Positions 46,480-55,361 of a DNA stretch of 64,000 bases are shown piece after piece (positions within the stretch are counted from its first letter, which is position 1; every line of letters begins with the position of its first letter). A program made the translations under genes and the position numbers. This DNA comes from Desulfatiglandales bacterium (lineage in GTDB: Bacteria > Desulfobacterota > DSM-4660 > Desulfatiglandales > Desulfatiglandaceae). Location of the stretch: assembly GCA_963662465.1 (NCBI GenBank), contig OY759599.1, positions 1,056,001 to 1,120,000 of the forward strand. Direction: 5' to 3'. Under the pieces are notes generated by a model that was given only the letters and a program-made list of their open reading frames with translations, searched no databases and was not told the origin of the DNA.

Positions 46480-48057
46480 ATGATGGAAAAGAGAAGATCG
46501 AAATCAAAAGCTTATTGTTCATCCGTAAACCTCATGGCCGCAATATTTTCCATACTGCTGCTATTGGGGCTCTTTCACTGCCATTCGTGGGCCGCCTCGG
46601 CGGCGCCGGATATCAAAGTGAACGGCGTGGATGAATTGACCACCCTCACAACCACCAGCACCCTCACGGCGACCATCCAAATGGACGCCGGAGAACAGAC
46701 CGGAGAGCAGGCCGACTGGTGGATTGTCGCTGAAACGCCCATGGGGTGGTATTATTATGGATATCCCGACGGATGGTATTTGGGTGGAAACGGCATAGAA
46801 GATCTTAAGCCTGCTTACCAGGGTTCCCTTTTCAAGCTGACGGATCCCCTGGAGGTATTGCGGATATCAGCGCTTCCGGTCGGAGATTATGTGTTTTATT
46901 TCGCTGTGGACACGACGGTAAACGGTGTGGTGGATGAAGGGGGGCTATCCTACGACCTGGTTGCCTTCGAGGTGGTGGAAGCGATGGAAACCGTATCCTA
47001 CCCCGTGGTGGATACCGGCCAGACCGCCTGTTATGATGATAATGGAGACGAAATCAGCTGCCCTGAATCGGGTGATGCTTTTGCCGGCCAGGATGCCCAG
47101 CATGAGGGCTTTCAGTTCAGCTACACCGACAATGGCAATGGCGCCATTACCGATAATGTCACCGGCCTGATGTGGCAGCAGACCCCCGGTAATAGGGGCT
47201 TAAGTCGGCAAGAGGCGGTTGACTATTGTGAATCCCTGGAACTGGCGGGCTTTGATGACTGGCGCATACCCACCTTGAAGGAGTTGTTTTCCATCAGTGA
47301 CTTTTCAAAAGGATGGCCCTATTTGAATACGGACTATTTCGATCTGGCCGGAACAAGCGTCAGTAAAGATGAACAATATTGGGCGGATTCTTACGTGGGC
47401 ATGACCGTAGAGGGTGGCTCGGAAGCAGCTTTCGGCGTGAATCACGGCACGGGTCATATCAAGGCTTATCCGGCCAAGGTCTCCGGTCCCATGGGAAATT
47501 ATGTGCGTGCCGTTCGCGGAAACACGTATGGCGTCAATGAATTCGTGGACAATGGCGACGGCACCATCACCGACAATGCCACGGGGTTGATGTGGCAACA
47601 GGCGGACAGCGGCAGCGGCATGGATTGGGAAGATGCCCTGGCTTACGCCGAGAGTGCCACGCTGGCTGGGTACAATGACTGGCGTCTGCCCAATATCAAG
47701 GAACTCCAGAGCATCGTCGATTACACCCATTCCCCCAGTGCAAGCGAGGCGGCCAACCTTGGACCCGCCATTGATACGGATTATTTCCAAATCACCGAAC
47801 TTCCCTCCGGCACGACGAACACCACCACCGATTATGGCTACTTCTGGAGCAGCACGAGCGCCTATTTCGGTGGGGACAGTCCTGAATATTACTATGCCTG
47901 GTATGTGGCCTTTGGAACCGCAGTGGACGGTAATGGTGATGATTTTCATGGCGCCGGCGCCGTCCGATTTGACACAAAGGCCGAAGACGGACCTCTGGGA
48001 GAAGGCGGTGAGCGGTATTACAATTATGTCCGCCTGGTGCGCGACGCGAACAATTAA
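46480..48057 (+). CDS. Secreted protein: module A + two DUF1566/Lcl C-terminal domains
   Basis: VVDTGQTACY; 2x DNGxGxITDNxTGLMWQQ..DWRxPxxKEL; C-terminal YVRLVR. Confidence 0.88.
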   Translation: MMEKRRSKSKAYCSSVNLMAAIFSILLLLGLFHCHSWAASAAPDIKVNGVDELTTLTTTSTLTATIQMDAGEQTGEQADWWIVAETPMGWYYYGYPDGWYLGGNGIEDLKPAYQGSLFKLTDPLEVLRISALPVGDYVFYFAVDTTVNGVVDEGGLSYDLVAFEVVEAMETVSYPVVDTGQTACYDDNGDEISCPESGDAFAGQDAQHEGFQFSYTDNGNGAITDNVTGLMWQQTPGNRGLSRQEAVDYCESLELAGFDDWRIPTLKELFSISDFSKGWPYLNTDYFDLAGTSVSKDEQYWADSYVGMTVEGGSEAAFGVNHGTGHIKAYPAKVSGPMGNYVRAVRGNTYGVNEFVDNGDGTITDNATGLMWQQADSGSGMDWEDALAYAESATLAGYNDWRLPNIKELQSIVDYTHSPSASEAANLGPAIDTDYFQITELPSGTTNTTTDYGYFWSSTSAYFGGDSPEYYYAWYVAFGTAVDGNGDDFHGAGAVRFDTKAEDGPLGEGGERYYNYVRLVRDANN

Positions 48058-48100
48058 AGGAACAAACCGGTATTGACAACCCATAAAAGGAGATAAAACC

Positions 48101-48382
48101 ATGAAGACCATTAAAAAAATCGCTATCGCAGGTGTGATATTCAGCTTGTGTACCGTAAACGCATTTGGAGCGGATACTGAAAAACAGCGGCCTGGGGGAC
48201 GACATCAGGGGCCGCCGCCGGAGGCCTACACCGCCTGCGAAGACAAAGCCGCGGGCGATACGGCTGAGTTTGTAAGCCCCCATGGGGATACGGTAACGGG
48301 CGTTTGTGAACAGGAAGGCGATCGGATGGTCCTGCGCCCTGATAATCCGCCTCCTGACAACAGGGAAAAGGGGAAGAACTGA
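48101..48382 (+). CDS. Small exported protein with GPPPEA..C..C motif
   Basis: AAGGAG RBS; signal peptide; two Cys in the mature part. Confidence 0.75.
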   Translation: MKTIKKIAIAGVIFSLCTVNAFGADTEKQRPGGRHQGPPPEAYTACEDKAAGDTAEFVSPHGDTVTGVCEQEGDRMVLRPDNPPPDNREKGKN

Positions 48383-48469
48383 TTGGAACAGAAAACCGCG
48401 CCAAGGTCTTTTTGCCTGTTCATAAACAGCGGAAGAAACCTATGCGGCAATCATTAAATCTGAAGTAGT

Positions 48470-48507
48470 TCCCAGCATCCACATTTCTCTTTCGGTGGGT
48501 GCTGGGA
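48470..48507. terminator. Probable terminator hairpin
   Basis: TCCCAGCATCCAC..GTGGGTGCTGGGA stem downstream of the operon. Confidence 0.5.
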
Positions 48508-48589
48508 TGGATATTCAACAATTCAGCGGCGATAATTCTGATTTCAGTGTTGTTCTGGATACCGATGGTTAGAAACATCGCCAGGCCCC

Positions 48590-48714
48590 TTTCCCGCATG
48601 ACCGACGCATCGGACGGCGTTCCTCAAAATGTTTGACAGGGTACGGCGAAGAAGGTTGTCAACACCCCAGATGGAAGCATCGTCAACCACACGCTTCAGA
48701 ATCTTCACCTCCTC
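48590..48714 (-). pseudogene. Histidine kinase N-box fragment joined to promoter family 1 copy 4
   Basis: LLRRTLSNILRNAVRCVGHAG resembles LLRRALSNVLRNAVRYAGHEG of 28935..30482. Confidence 0.7.
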
Positions 48715-48795
48715 TTTACAAAACATTTACAAAACCTTGAAAAGACCCTGATAAAGGATTTACGAACAAATGACACATTGAAGGCAGCATGAAAA
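48715..48795 (+). promoter_or_regulatory. Promoter family 1, copy 4 (upstream of second cotH)
   Basis: Identical 29-bp core plus CCTGATAAAGGATTTACGAAC. Confidence 0.75.
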
Positions 48796-48847
48796 TGGAT
48801 ACTTGGGTAACGATTCCAACAAAAAAATTAAACAGGGGGATTGAATC

Positions 48848-50845
48848 ATGGAAAAGACAAGATGGAAAGCAAAAGCTTATTATGCTCCTGTAAACGCCAT
48901 GGCTGCCATATTTTCCGTGCTATTGCTGTTGGGTGTGCTCTACAGCCATTCCTGGGCCGCTTCGGCGGCGCCGGATATCAAACTGATGCGCGACGCAAGC
49001 AGCACGGAATCTACGGATATCTATATAAACCAAAATGACGGCAACTGCGGTGAAAAGAGTCCTTGTTATTCAACCATTCAGGCTGGGATTGATGCCGCCA
49101 ACGATGCGTCGACGGTAAACATCGCTCAGGGGACCTATACCGAATCGTTGTCTCTTAACTCGCCGAAAACCATAACGCTGAAGGGCGGATGGAATGATGA
49201 CTTTTCGGCGCAGGAAAACATCACCGTGATCCAGGCCCCAAAGGTCGGCAATGGTGGTACACTCAAGATGCGGGATATCGTTATCAGGCCGGTGGTGGAA
49301 GCCACACCCGTTCTTTCATACCTTTTTCCGGCAACAACCTATGCAGGCGCTTCCGATCAGACACTTACCCTGTTGGGAAGCAATTTCGTGGAGGGGGCTA
49401 CTGTTAATTTCAACGGTGTCAGTCGTGAAACCACGCTTGTCAGCGCTACTCATCTTACGACCGAAATAACGGCGACGGAATTGGCCAATGCCGGTACTTA
49501 TTCCGTGAGCGTCACCAACCCCGGGGCCGGCGGTAAAACCTCCGGCAGTCTGAATTTCACACTACTCGCCTTGACATTCGGTGAAACGGATATTTCGACG
49601 CCGGATTGGACCGCCGCCACCCATGAAAAACTGGACGCGGAAGAGATCATGGCCAACATGGATACGGTCTTCGATACAGCCCAGGTTCAACGCATGGATA
49701 TTACCATCGACGCCGCTAACTGGAGCGTGATGCAAAGCAACCTGGCCGATCTCAAAGCGCAACTGGGGGGATCAAATGATTTTTCATTGATGGATGATCC
49801 CATCGATGTGCCTTGTGATATCGAGTACAACGGCAAGCAATGGTATCGGGTCGGTATCCGGTTCAAGGGGAATTCCAGTCTTTATAGTGCCAACAGCAAC
49901 AAACTCCCTTTTAAACTCAATTTCGATAAATTCGAGGATATTTATCCCCCCATCAAAAACCAGCGATTCTATGGATTTAAAAAGTTTAGTCTTAAGAGCA
50001 ATTACAAGGACGAGTCGGAAATCCACGAATTGACGGCATCCGAACTCTACCGTGATTTTGGCCTGAAAAGCTCACATGCCGCTTTCTACAAGCTCTATGT
50101 GGATGTAGGTGGCGGGCCTGTTTACTTCGGGCTTTATACCCTGGTGGAGGAAGTGGACGACACCGTCATTAAAACCCAGTACAACGATAACGACGGCAAC
50201 CTTTACAAGCCCGAGGAGGATGCGGCGACCTTCGCAACCGGAACTTTCAACACCTATGAATTTGCCAAGAAGACCAATGAGAGCGACTTGGACTACAGCG
50301 ATGTGCAGGCGCTTTATGATGTTCTGAACTCCGATCTTCGCGTGACGGATGCAGGCGCCTGGAAAACCAACCTTGAGATGATTTTGGACGTTCCCGTTTT
50401 CCTCAAATGGTTTGCGGCGAATAATGTACTCCAGAATTGGGACACCTATGGCGTCATGCCCCATAACTATTACCTGTACCGTAATCCCGACACCCAGCGC
50501 TTCGAATGGATCCCCTGGGATAACAACGAAGCTCTGGTTTCCAACCCGCGTTGTCTGAGTCTGAACGCATCGGAAGTGACATCCCAGTGGCCGATTCTCC
50601 GCTACCTGCTGGATGATTCTGCTTATGCGGAACAGTACCGACAAAACGTGCATGAATTCGCTACCAACCTGTTCAATGCCACGCGGATGGCGTCTCTTTA
50701 TGATGCCCGGGCGGCCTTGATAGAGGATGCCGTCCTGAGCGAAAGTGCGGACTATACCTTCACATCACGCAGGCAATTTTCCGAGGCTATCTCCGCTCTG
50801 AAGGCCCATGTTGCGGCCCGTGAGACGGCGGCTTTGGCATATTAG
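48848..50845 (+). CDS. cotH: Secreted CotH-family kinase, paralogue with a different N-terminal module
   Basis: Near-identical to 44331..46361 after VVEA; N-module CGEKSPCYSTIQAGIDAA..IAQGTYTE..LKGGWN. Confidence 0.88.
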   Translation: MEKTRWKAKAYYAPVNAMAAIFSVLLLLGVLYSHSWAASAAPDIKLMRDASSTESTDIYINQNDGNCGEKSPCYSTIQAGIDAANDASTVNIAQGTYTESLSLNSPKTITLKGGWNDDFSAQENITVIQAPKVGNGGTLKMRDIVIRPVVEATPVLSYLFPATTYAGASDQTLTLLGSNFVEGATVNFNGVSRETTLVSATHLTTEITATELANAGTYSVSVTNPGAGGKTSGSLNFTLLALTFGETDISTPDWTAATHEKLDAEEIMANMDTVFDTAQVQRMDITIDAANWSVMQSNLADLKAQLGGSNDFSLMDDPIDVPCDIEYNGKQWYRVGIRFKGNSSLYSANSNKLPFKLNFDKFEDIYPPIKNQRFYGFKKFSLKSNYKDESEIHELTASELYRDFGLKSSHAAFYKLYVDVGGGPVYFGLYTLVEEVDDTVIKTQYNDNDGNLYKPEEDAATFATGTFNTYEFAKKTNESDLDYSDVQALYDVLNSDLRVTDAGAWKTNLEMILDVPVFLKWFAANNVLQNWDTYGVMPHNYYLYRNPDTQRFEWIPWDNNEALVSNPRCLSLNASEVTSQWPILRYLLDDSAYAEQYRQNVHEFATNLFNATRMASLYDARAALIEDAVLSESADYTFTSRRQFSEAISALKAHVAARETAALAY

Positions 50846-50936
50846 ACTGCCCGGACGGCCTTGATGATTGCCATCATATGCCTGCATATTTTGGCTGAAA
50901 ACATTGATTTTGTGAAAACTGGGCTAAGGAGAAGAA

Positions 50937-51809
50937 ATGGAACTTACGAAAACCCTTAATTTAGGTGAAATTATTTTACTCCTATTCATCCTCTCAACAT
51001 CCATGTTTTTGACAGCCTGCGAAGAGGAGGATGTGAAAACGCTCAGTTCACAGCGGGATCGTGAGATCCTCATCGATGGAAAGGATCCGGAGTGGCAGGG
51101 CGTTATGCAATATTATGATGAAAAATCGAGAACCGTGGTCAGTTTCCTTCACGATGAAAAATATTTGTTCATGAGACTTGCTTCAAACGATCGCAACATC
51201 CAGCGACAGATTCTGGTGCAGGGTCTTACCGTGTGGTTTGAACAACCCCATGAAGGGAATCGAAAAACAGGCGTCCATTTTCCGGTGGGCCTTCCCCGCG
51301 AAAAGAGAATGTCAATGTTTCAGAGACCGCCGGAAGAAGAAACAAGAACAGAAAAAGATCCTAAAAACAGAGATGATGGTTTGCTTGAAAAAGGCCTGGT
51401 TGAAATTCAGTTATGGGGACCGGGAGAATATGAGCAAAAAACAATGCCATTCAAAGAAATGGAAAAGTTTGATGTGGCGGTAAAAATCGGCAAGACGGAA
51501 AAAAACCTCATATACGAACTCAAGTTGCCGTTTACCCAAAGCGATATGAGCCGGTTTGGGCTGTTAAAGCCGGGCAAAAAAGGGATTCGGGTGGGTTTTC
51601 AGACCGGTGATGGTGAAGAAAAGAAGGGAAGATCCATGGACACCCAACCCTCCAATGGCAAACAACGCTCCGAAGGTCGCGGGGGACGTGGGATGGGGGG
51701 CGGCATGAAAGGGGGTGCGCCGGATCGAAAAGAGGGGAAACCCGAAGGCCGGCGGATCGAACCACTGGAACTGTGGGTGACGTTAACATTTGCCGAAAAT
51801 GGAGATTAA
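50937..51809 (+). CDS. Hypothetical lipoprotein with Gly/Arg-rich C-terminal segment
   Basis: AAGGAG RBS; lipobox FLTAC; IDGKDPEW motif. Confidence 0.75.
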   Translation: MELTKTLNLGEIILLLFILSTSMFLTACEEEDVKTLSSQRDREILIDGKDPEWQGVMQYYDEKSRTVVSFLHDEKYLFMRLASNDRNIQRQILVQGLTVWFEQPHEGNRKTGVHFPVGLPREKRMSMFQRPPEEETRTEKDPKNRDDGLLEKGLVEIQLWGPGEYEQKTMPFKEMEKFDVAVKIGKTEKNLIYELKLPFTQSDMSRFGLLKPGKKGIRVGFQTGDGEEKKGRSMDTQPSNGKQRSEGRGGRGMGGGMKGGAPDRKEGKPEGRRIEPLELWVTLTFAENGD

Positions 51810-51898
51810 ACAAGCCATCGGAATCAACACAAACGGATCTGAAATACACAGTCGATATGCGGAAAACGAGACCCATTTTACAACAACAAAGCAAACAG

Positions 51899-52016
51899 TT
51901 TTACAAAAGCTTAACAATTTTTTTCGGAATCAACAAAATTCCTTTACATTCATTGTTTATATTACAGTCAAAACTGCGGGGGATCGTCCCCCGGGAAACA
52001 GCAACCCAAATAAACC
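51899..52016 (+). promoter_or_regulatory. Promoter family 2 plus conserved leader hairpin, upstream of the Spy-like gene
   Basis: Matches reverse complements of 35216-35280 and 53651-53769; GGGGGA-TCG-TCCCCC hairpin then GGGAAACAGCAA. Confidence 0.65.
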
Positions 52017-52029
52017 AAGGAGGTACATC

Positions 52030-52572
52030 ATGACTTCGAGACTCGGAAAAAAAATCGGTACGGGGATAATGGCTTTTCTATTCACAATATGCTTTATTCC
52101 CGCAATTTCGGGGGCATTCGCACCTGGAGACGGAAGACAAGAGAGTGGGTTTCACAGGAGCGGCCATCGCGGGCCAGGTCTGGGAATCTGGCGGGATTCG
52201 CGAATGGTTCAAAAACTGGGCCTTACGCCGGATCAGGTCAAACAGATTCGGGATGCGGATTTTACCTTCCGTGAAAAGCATCTGGTCTTGAAAGCACAAC
52301 TCGACGGCTTGCGATTGCAAATGGATAAGGCCTTTTCCCAAGATGTCGTTGACGATAAAGCCGTCCTTAAAACGGCGCAAACAATTTCAGAGGTAAAAGG
52401 AAAACTGTTTGTCAGGGAAATAGAAGCCCTTCTAACCCTTGGGAAAATTCTAAATGCGGATCAAATCAAAAAGCTGAAGTTCTATGACATGCCTCAGAAA
52501 GGGAAAGGGCTGACGCAGTGTCTAAAACAACTCTCAGACCGTCGTTTTATGGAAAAAGTTGACGATCTGTAG
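52030..52572 (+). CDS. Spy/CpxP/ZraP-like periplasmic helical protein
   Basis: AAGGAGG RBS; signal peptide; KLGLTPDQ..ILNADQ paired LTxxQ-like motifs. Confidence 0.78.
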   Translation: MTSRLGKKIGTGIMAFLFTICFIPAISGAFAPGDGRQESGFHRSGHRGPGLGIWRDSRMVQKLGLTPDQVKQIRDADFTFREKHLVLKAQLDGLRLQMDKAFSQDVVDDKAVLKTAQTISEVKGKLFVREIEALLTLGKILNADQIKKLKFYDMPQKGKGLTQCLKQLSDRRFMEKVDDL

Positions 52573-52622
52573 TTCATTGGGCCGAATTTGAAAAGGTCAA
52601 CGCTGATAAAGGAGAAAAAACA

Positions 52623-52850
52623 ATGAAAGGCAAGGCAAGACGCATCTTAGACGTCTGGGGTTACTATCGCCTCTCAACCCTACTCCTGCTGATGATCATC
52701 TTTTTGGTTTTTGCGGGGTTTGTATGTTCATCAGCCAGCGGGGCCGGCTTTGACAGGGGTCTCCAGCCAGGATGTTCGGCCATGGGACCAGATTACATCC
52801 CGTCCGGGACACGGGTATCGGACCTATGGCATACTCCCATACCTTTTTAA
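52623..52850 (+). CDS. Small hypothetical membrane protein (possibly a remnant)
   Basis: AAGGAG RBS; one hydrophobic segment. Confidence 0.4.
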   Translation: MKGKARRILDVWGYYRLSTLLLLMIIFLVFAGFVCSSASGAGFDRGLQPGCSAMGPDYIPSGTRVSDLWHTPIPF

Positions 52851-53036
52851 AGAAGTTCAGATCGATAATTTGGGTAGTCCCTGTAGAACAGTGCATGTCA
52901 ATAATTTCAGCATGTTGCATATGATGTCTGCTGGCAGATCTTGACACAAAATCAGGCGTTTGCAAGGTAATGCGGGGCAAGTACCTCCACCAACCTGCAT
53001 TGCTTTGTAGGGACTACCGAATTGTTGAAAAGGCCG

Positions 53037-53228
53037 ACACAAGGGTGAAACATGGAGAAACCAAAGTCGTCAAACATGAAAATTCTGATTGTCGATGATG
53101 ATAAAAGACTGTGCGGACTACCTGGAGCCCATGGGGTATGAGGTAAAAAAAGCCCACAACGGGCAGGATCGGCGCAAGCTCGGGGAAAATCCCCGCTACC
53201 CCGGATTCATTCAAACAGTCAGAAGCGA
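53037..53228 (+). pseudogene. Collapsed remnant of the 31429..32178 response regulator
   Basis: 5' part (ATGAAAATTCTGATTGTCGATGATGATAAAAGACTGTGCGGACT..) joined to the 3' part (CGGCGCAAGCTCGGGGAAAATCCCCGC..CAGAAGCG) with a large internal deletion. Confidence 0.85.
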
Positions 53229-53615
53229 AAGAATCTCTTTCAATTCATTTCCCATCAGGGGTTTCATGATCACGGCCTTAATGCCCATTTGCGCGGCCTC
53301 TTCTTTGGAAAAATTGATGTCGGATCCCGTACACATGATAATAGGTATGCTTTTTCGGATCTTCACGATTTCGAGAGCCAGCCGGTCCCCCGTCATGATC
53401 GGCATATTCATATCGGTGATGACCAGATTAAAATCGAACCGTTTTCGTTGGAAATGATCCAAAGCCTCCATTGGATCTGTTTGGAAATCGACCTGATATC
53501 CCAAATGCTCAAGCATTTCGCATGCCACATTTCCAACCATCCAATCGTCGTCTACCAAGAGAATTTTCTTCCTGCCGTTTGAGGATTTCCGTGCCTTCTT
53601 TTTGCAAGGATACAT
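53211..53615 (-). CDS. Stand-alone receiver domain protein (resembles the C-terminus of hybrid kinases)
   Basis: ILLVDDD, VITDMNMP, IIMCTG, IMKP. Confidence 0.75.
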   Translation of the reverse strand: MYPCKKKARKSSNGRKKILLVDDDWMVGNVACEMLEHLGYQVDFQTDPMEALDHFQRKRFDFNLVITDMNMPIMTGDRLALEIVKIRKSIPIIMCTGSDINFSKEEAAQMGIKAVIMKPLMGNELKEILSLLTV

Positions 53616-53650
53616 CCGTTGTTTCCCCCATGTTGATGGTGTATTTCAGA

Positions 53651-53769
53651 TTAATTATTTTTGCTTGCTGTTTCCCAGGGGGATTATTCCCCGGAGCTTC
53701 GCATGTAATATAGCAGGGGAATGTAAAGGGATTTTGTTGATCACGTTAAGCTTTTGTAAAATTGTAAAG
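53651..53769 (-). promoter_or_regulatory. Promoter family 2 plus leader hairpin copy
   Basis: Reverse complement TTTTACAAAAGCTTAAC..CAACAAAATCCCTTTACATTC..GGGGAATAATCCCCCTGGGAAACAGCAA; also matches 32176-32248. Confidence 0.65.
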
Positions 53770-53779
53770 TAGACGAGAT

Positions 53780-53905
53780 GGGTCCCTTATGACCGGCGCA
53801 TTGGACGGCGTTTCTCAAAACGTTTGAAAGTGCCCGGCGAAGAAGGTTGTCAACGGCCTAGACGGAAATATTGTCAACCACACGGTTCAGAATCTTCACC
53901 TCCTC
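53780..53905 (-). pseudogene. Second copy of the histidine kinase N-box fragment joined to promoter family 1
   Basis: Highly similar to 48590-48714 with the same junction TTCAGAATCTTCACCTCCTC-TTTAC. Confidence 0.7.
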
Positions 53906-53975
53906 TTTACAAAACATTTACAAAACCTTGAAAAATCCCTCAAAAGGATTTTACAAACAAGTGATAGGTTGAATC
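53906..53975 (+). promoter_or_regulatory. Promoter family 1, copy 5 (upstream of EF-hand gene)
   Basis: Identical 29-bp core. Confidence 0.75.
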
Positions 53976-54038
53976 GAAACGGTGAAGGTGTTTCGAATAA
54001 CGGTGGTCATCAAACAAAAAGGAATGGAAGGAAGTTTT

Positions 54039-54482
54039 ATGATGGGAAAGATAAAATTGATATTAAATGTCCTGTGTTTTACCGTCATAACAATGAATTC
54101 CGCATTTGCCTTGGAGAGCGCTGGGGAAAATTCTTCACAGAGCATGATTGAACGTCATGACCGGGATGGCGACAACAGGGTATCCATGGAAGAATTCCCA
54201 GGTCCGGATGATCATTTCATCCGCATGGATCTGGACGGCGATGGCTTCATCAATCAGGAAGAAGCCCGACAGGCCCCTCGACCTGACGGGCAGGAAGGCC
54301 GCGTACCAGGCAAATTCACGGAAGATGATGGCGATGGAGACGGGGTTGTTTCCCGCACCGAGTTCTCGGGGCCGGCCGATCATTTTGACCGACTGGATTT
54401 GAATGGAGATGGCGCCATCCAGGAAAGCGAAGCGCGGCAGAGTCCTCCCGGCATGGCACGCTCAAACCAAAGGAATCGGTGA
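54039..54482 (+). CDS. Exported EF-hand calcium-binding protein (4 loops)
   Basis: DRDGDNRVSMEE, DLDGDGFINQEE, DGDGDGVVSRTE, DLNGDGAIQESE; signal peptide. Confidence 0.85.
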   Translation: MMGKIKLILNVLCFTVITMNSAFALESAGENSSQSMIERHDRDGDNRVSMEEFPGPDDHFIRMDLDGDGFINQEEARQAPRPDGQEGRVPGKFTEDDGDGDGVVSRTEFSGPADHFDRLDLNGDGAIQESEARQSPPGMARSNQRNR

Positions 54483-55174
54483 ACGAATCCATGAGCCAAA
54501 AAACGGTTTTATTAATTGCCGGGACCACGGAAATCTATTTAGACTTAAAGCATATTTTGGAACGGGACCATGTCCTCATCCGTCGGATTGAACGCTGGGA
54601 GAGCAAACAATCCCTTTCCGAAACCGACGGCCCTCAGCTGATTGTGCTCTATTGCTCCGGATCGGGAGTGGACGGGCTGAACGTATGTCAGGAGATCCGT
54701 GGGCGATATTCGGGGCTTCTGGTTCTTGTTTCAGAATACAGAGACGAACAGTTTCATGTCCTTGCATTGGGTTTGGGCGCGGATGCCTCTCTCCCCGCAT
54801 CAGCAGGTGCGCCGCTGGTGGCGGCAAATATCAGAGCGTTGTTGCGACGGTTTGTGCCTGCCGGACCTTCGTCGGTGCTGATTTTCGGCGAGTTGATGGT
54901 CAATGCCAACAGGCGGGATGTCTTTGTGGCGGGTCGGGCGGTACAGCTTTCCACCATCGAATTTCAACTTTTCTGGTGTCTTTGCCAAAAACCCGGGCTT
55001 GTGGTCACCCGCGATGAAATTTTCCTCGAAATTTATCACGCGGCCTATAACGGATACGACCGCAATATTGATCTGTATGTGTCACGAATCCGGCAGAAAA
55101 TCGGGGATGACCCCACGTTCCCCCGTTACTTGAAAACCGTCCGCGGTGTCGGGTATCAATTTGTGGGGGAGTAG
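54479..55174 (+). CDS. Atypical OmpR/RstA-like regulator with degenerate receiver
   Basis: Intact winged helix (YNGYDRNIDLYVSRIRQKIGDD..LKTVRGVGY); receiver lacks the acidic pair, phospho-Asp (LIVLY) and conserved Lys. Confidence 0.8.
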   Translation: MNESMSQKTVLLIAGTTEIYLDLKHILERDHVLIRRIERWESKQSLSETDGPQLIVLYCSGSGVDGLNVCQEIRGRYSGLLVLVSEYRDEQFHVLALGLGADASLPASAGAPLVAANIRALLRRFVPAGPSSVLIFGELMVNANRRDVFVAGRAVQLSTIEFQLFWCLCQKPGLVVTRDEIFLEIYHAAYNGYDRNIDLYVSRIRQKIGDDPTFPRYLKTVRGVGYQFVGE

Positions 55175-55361
55175 CTCCGGCAGACTGTCGGCCAATTTCA
55201 AAATCGTTTCCCGGGAAATCAGATCACACCATGATACAAATTGTTACCTCCCAGTGACAATACCGCTATAAAGTATCCGTTAAACAGGACGATATAAAAA
55301 ACATGGAAAGACGGTCTATCAATTAAGACTCACCCAAAAAATAATTTCAAGGAGGTCAAAC

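Noticed and set aside
46480..48057. Diversity-generating retroelement targeting the DUF1566 protein
   Set aside because: No reverse transcriptase in the window and no second copy of the 3' end differing only at adenines; the two DUF1566 domains differ at all base types
31256..53975. CRISPR array from the 29-bp identical repeats
   Set aside because: Copies are kilobases apart, sit upstream of genes, are not palindromic, and no cas genes are present
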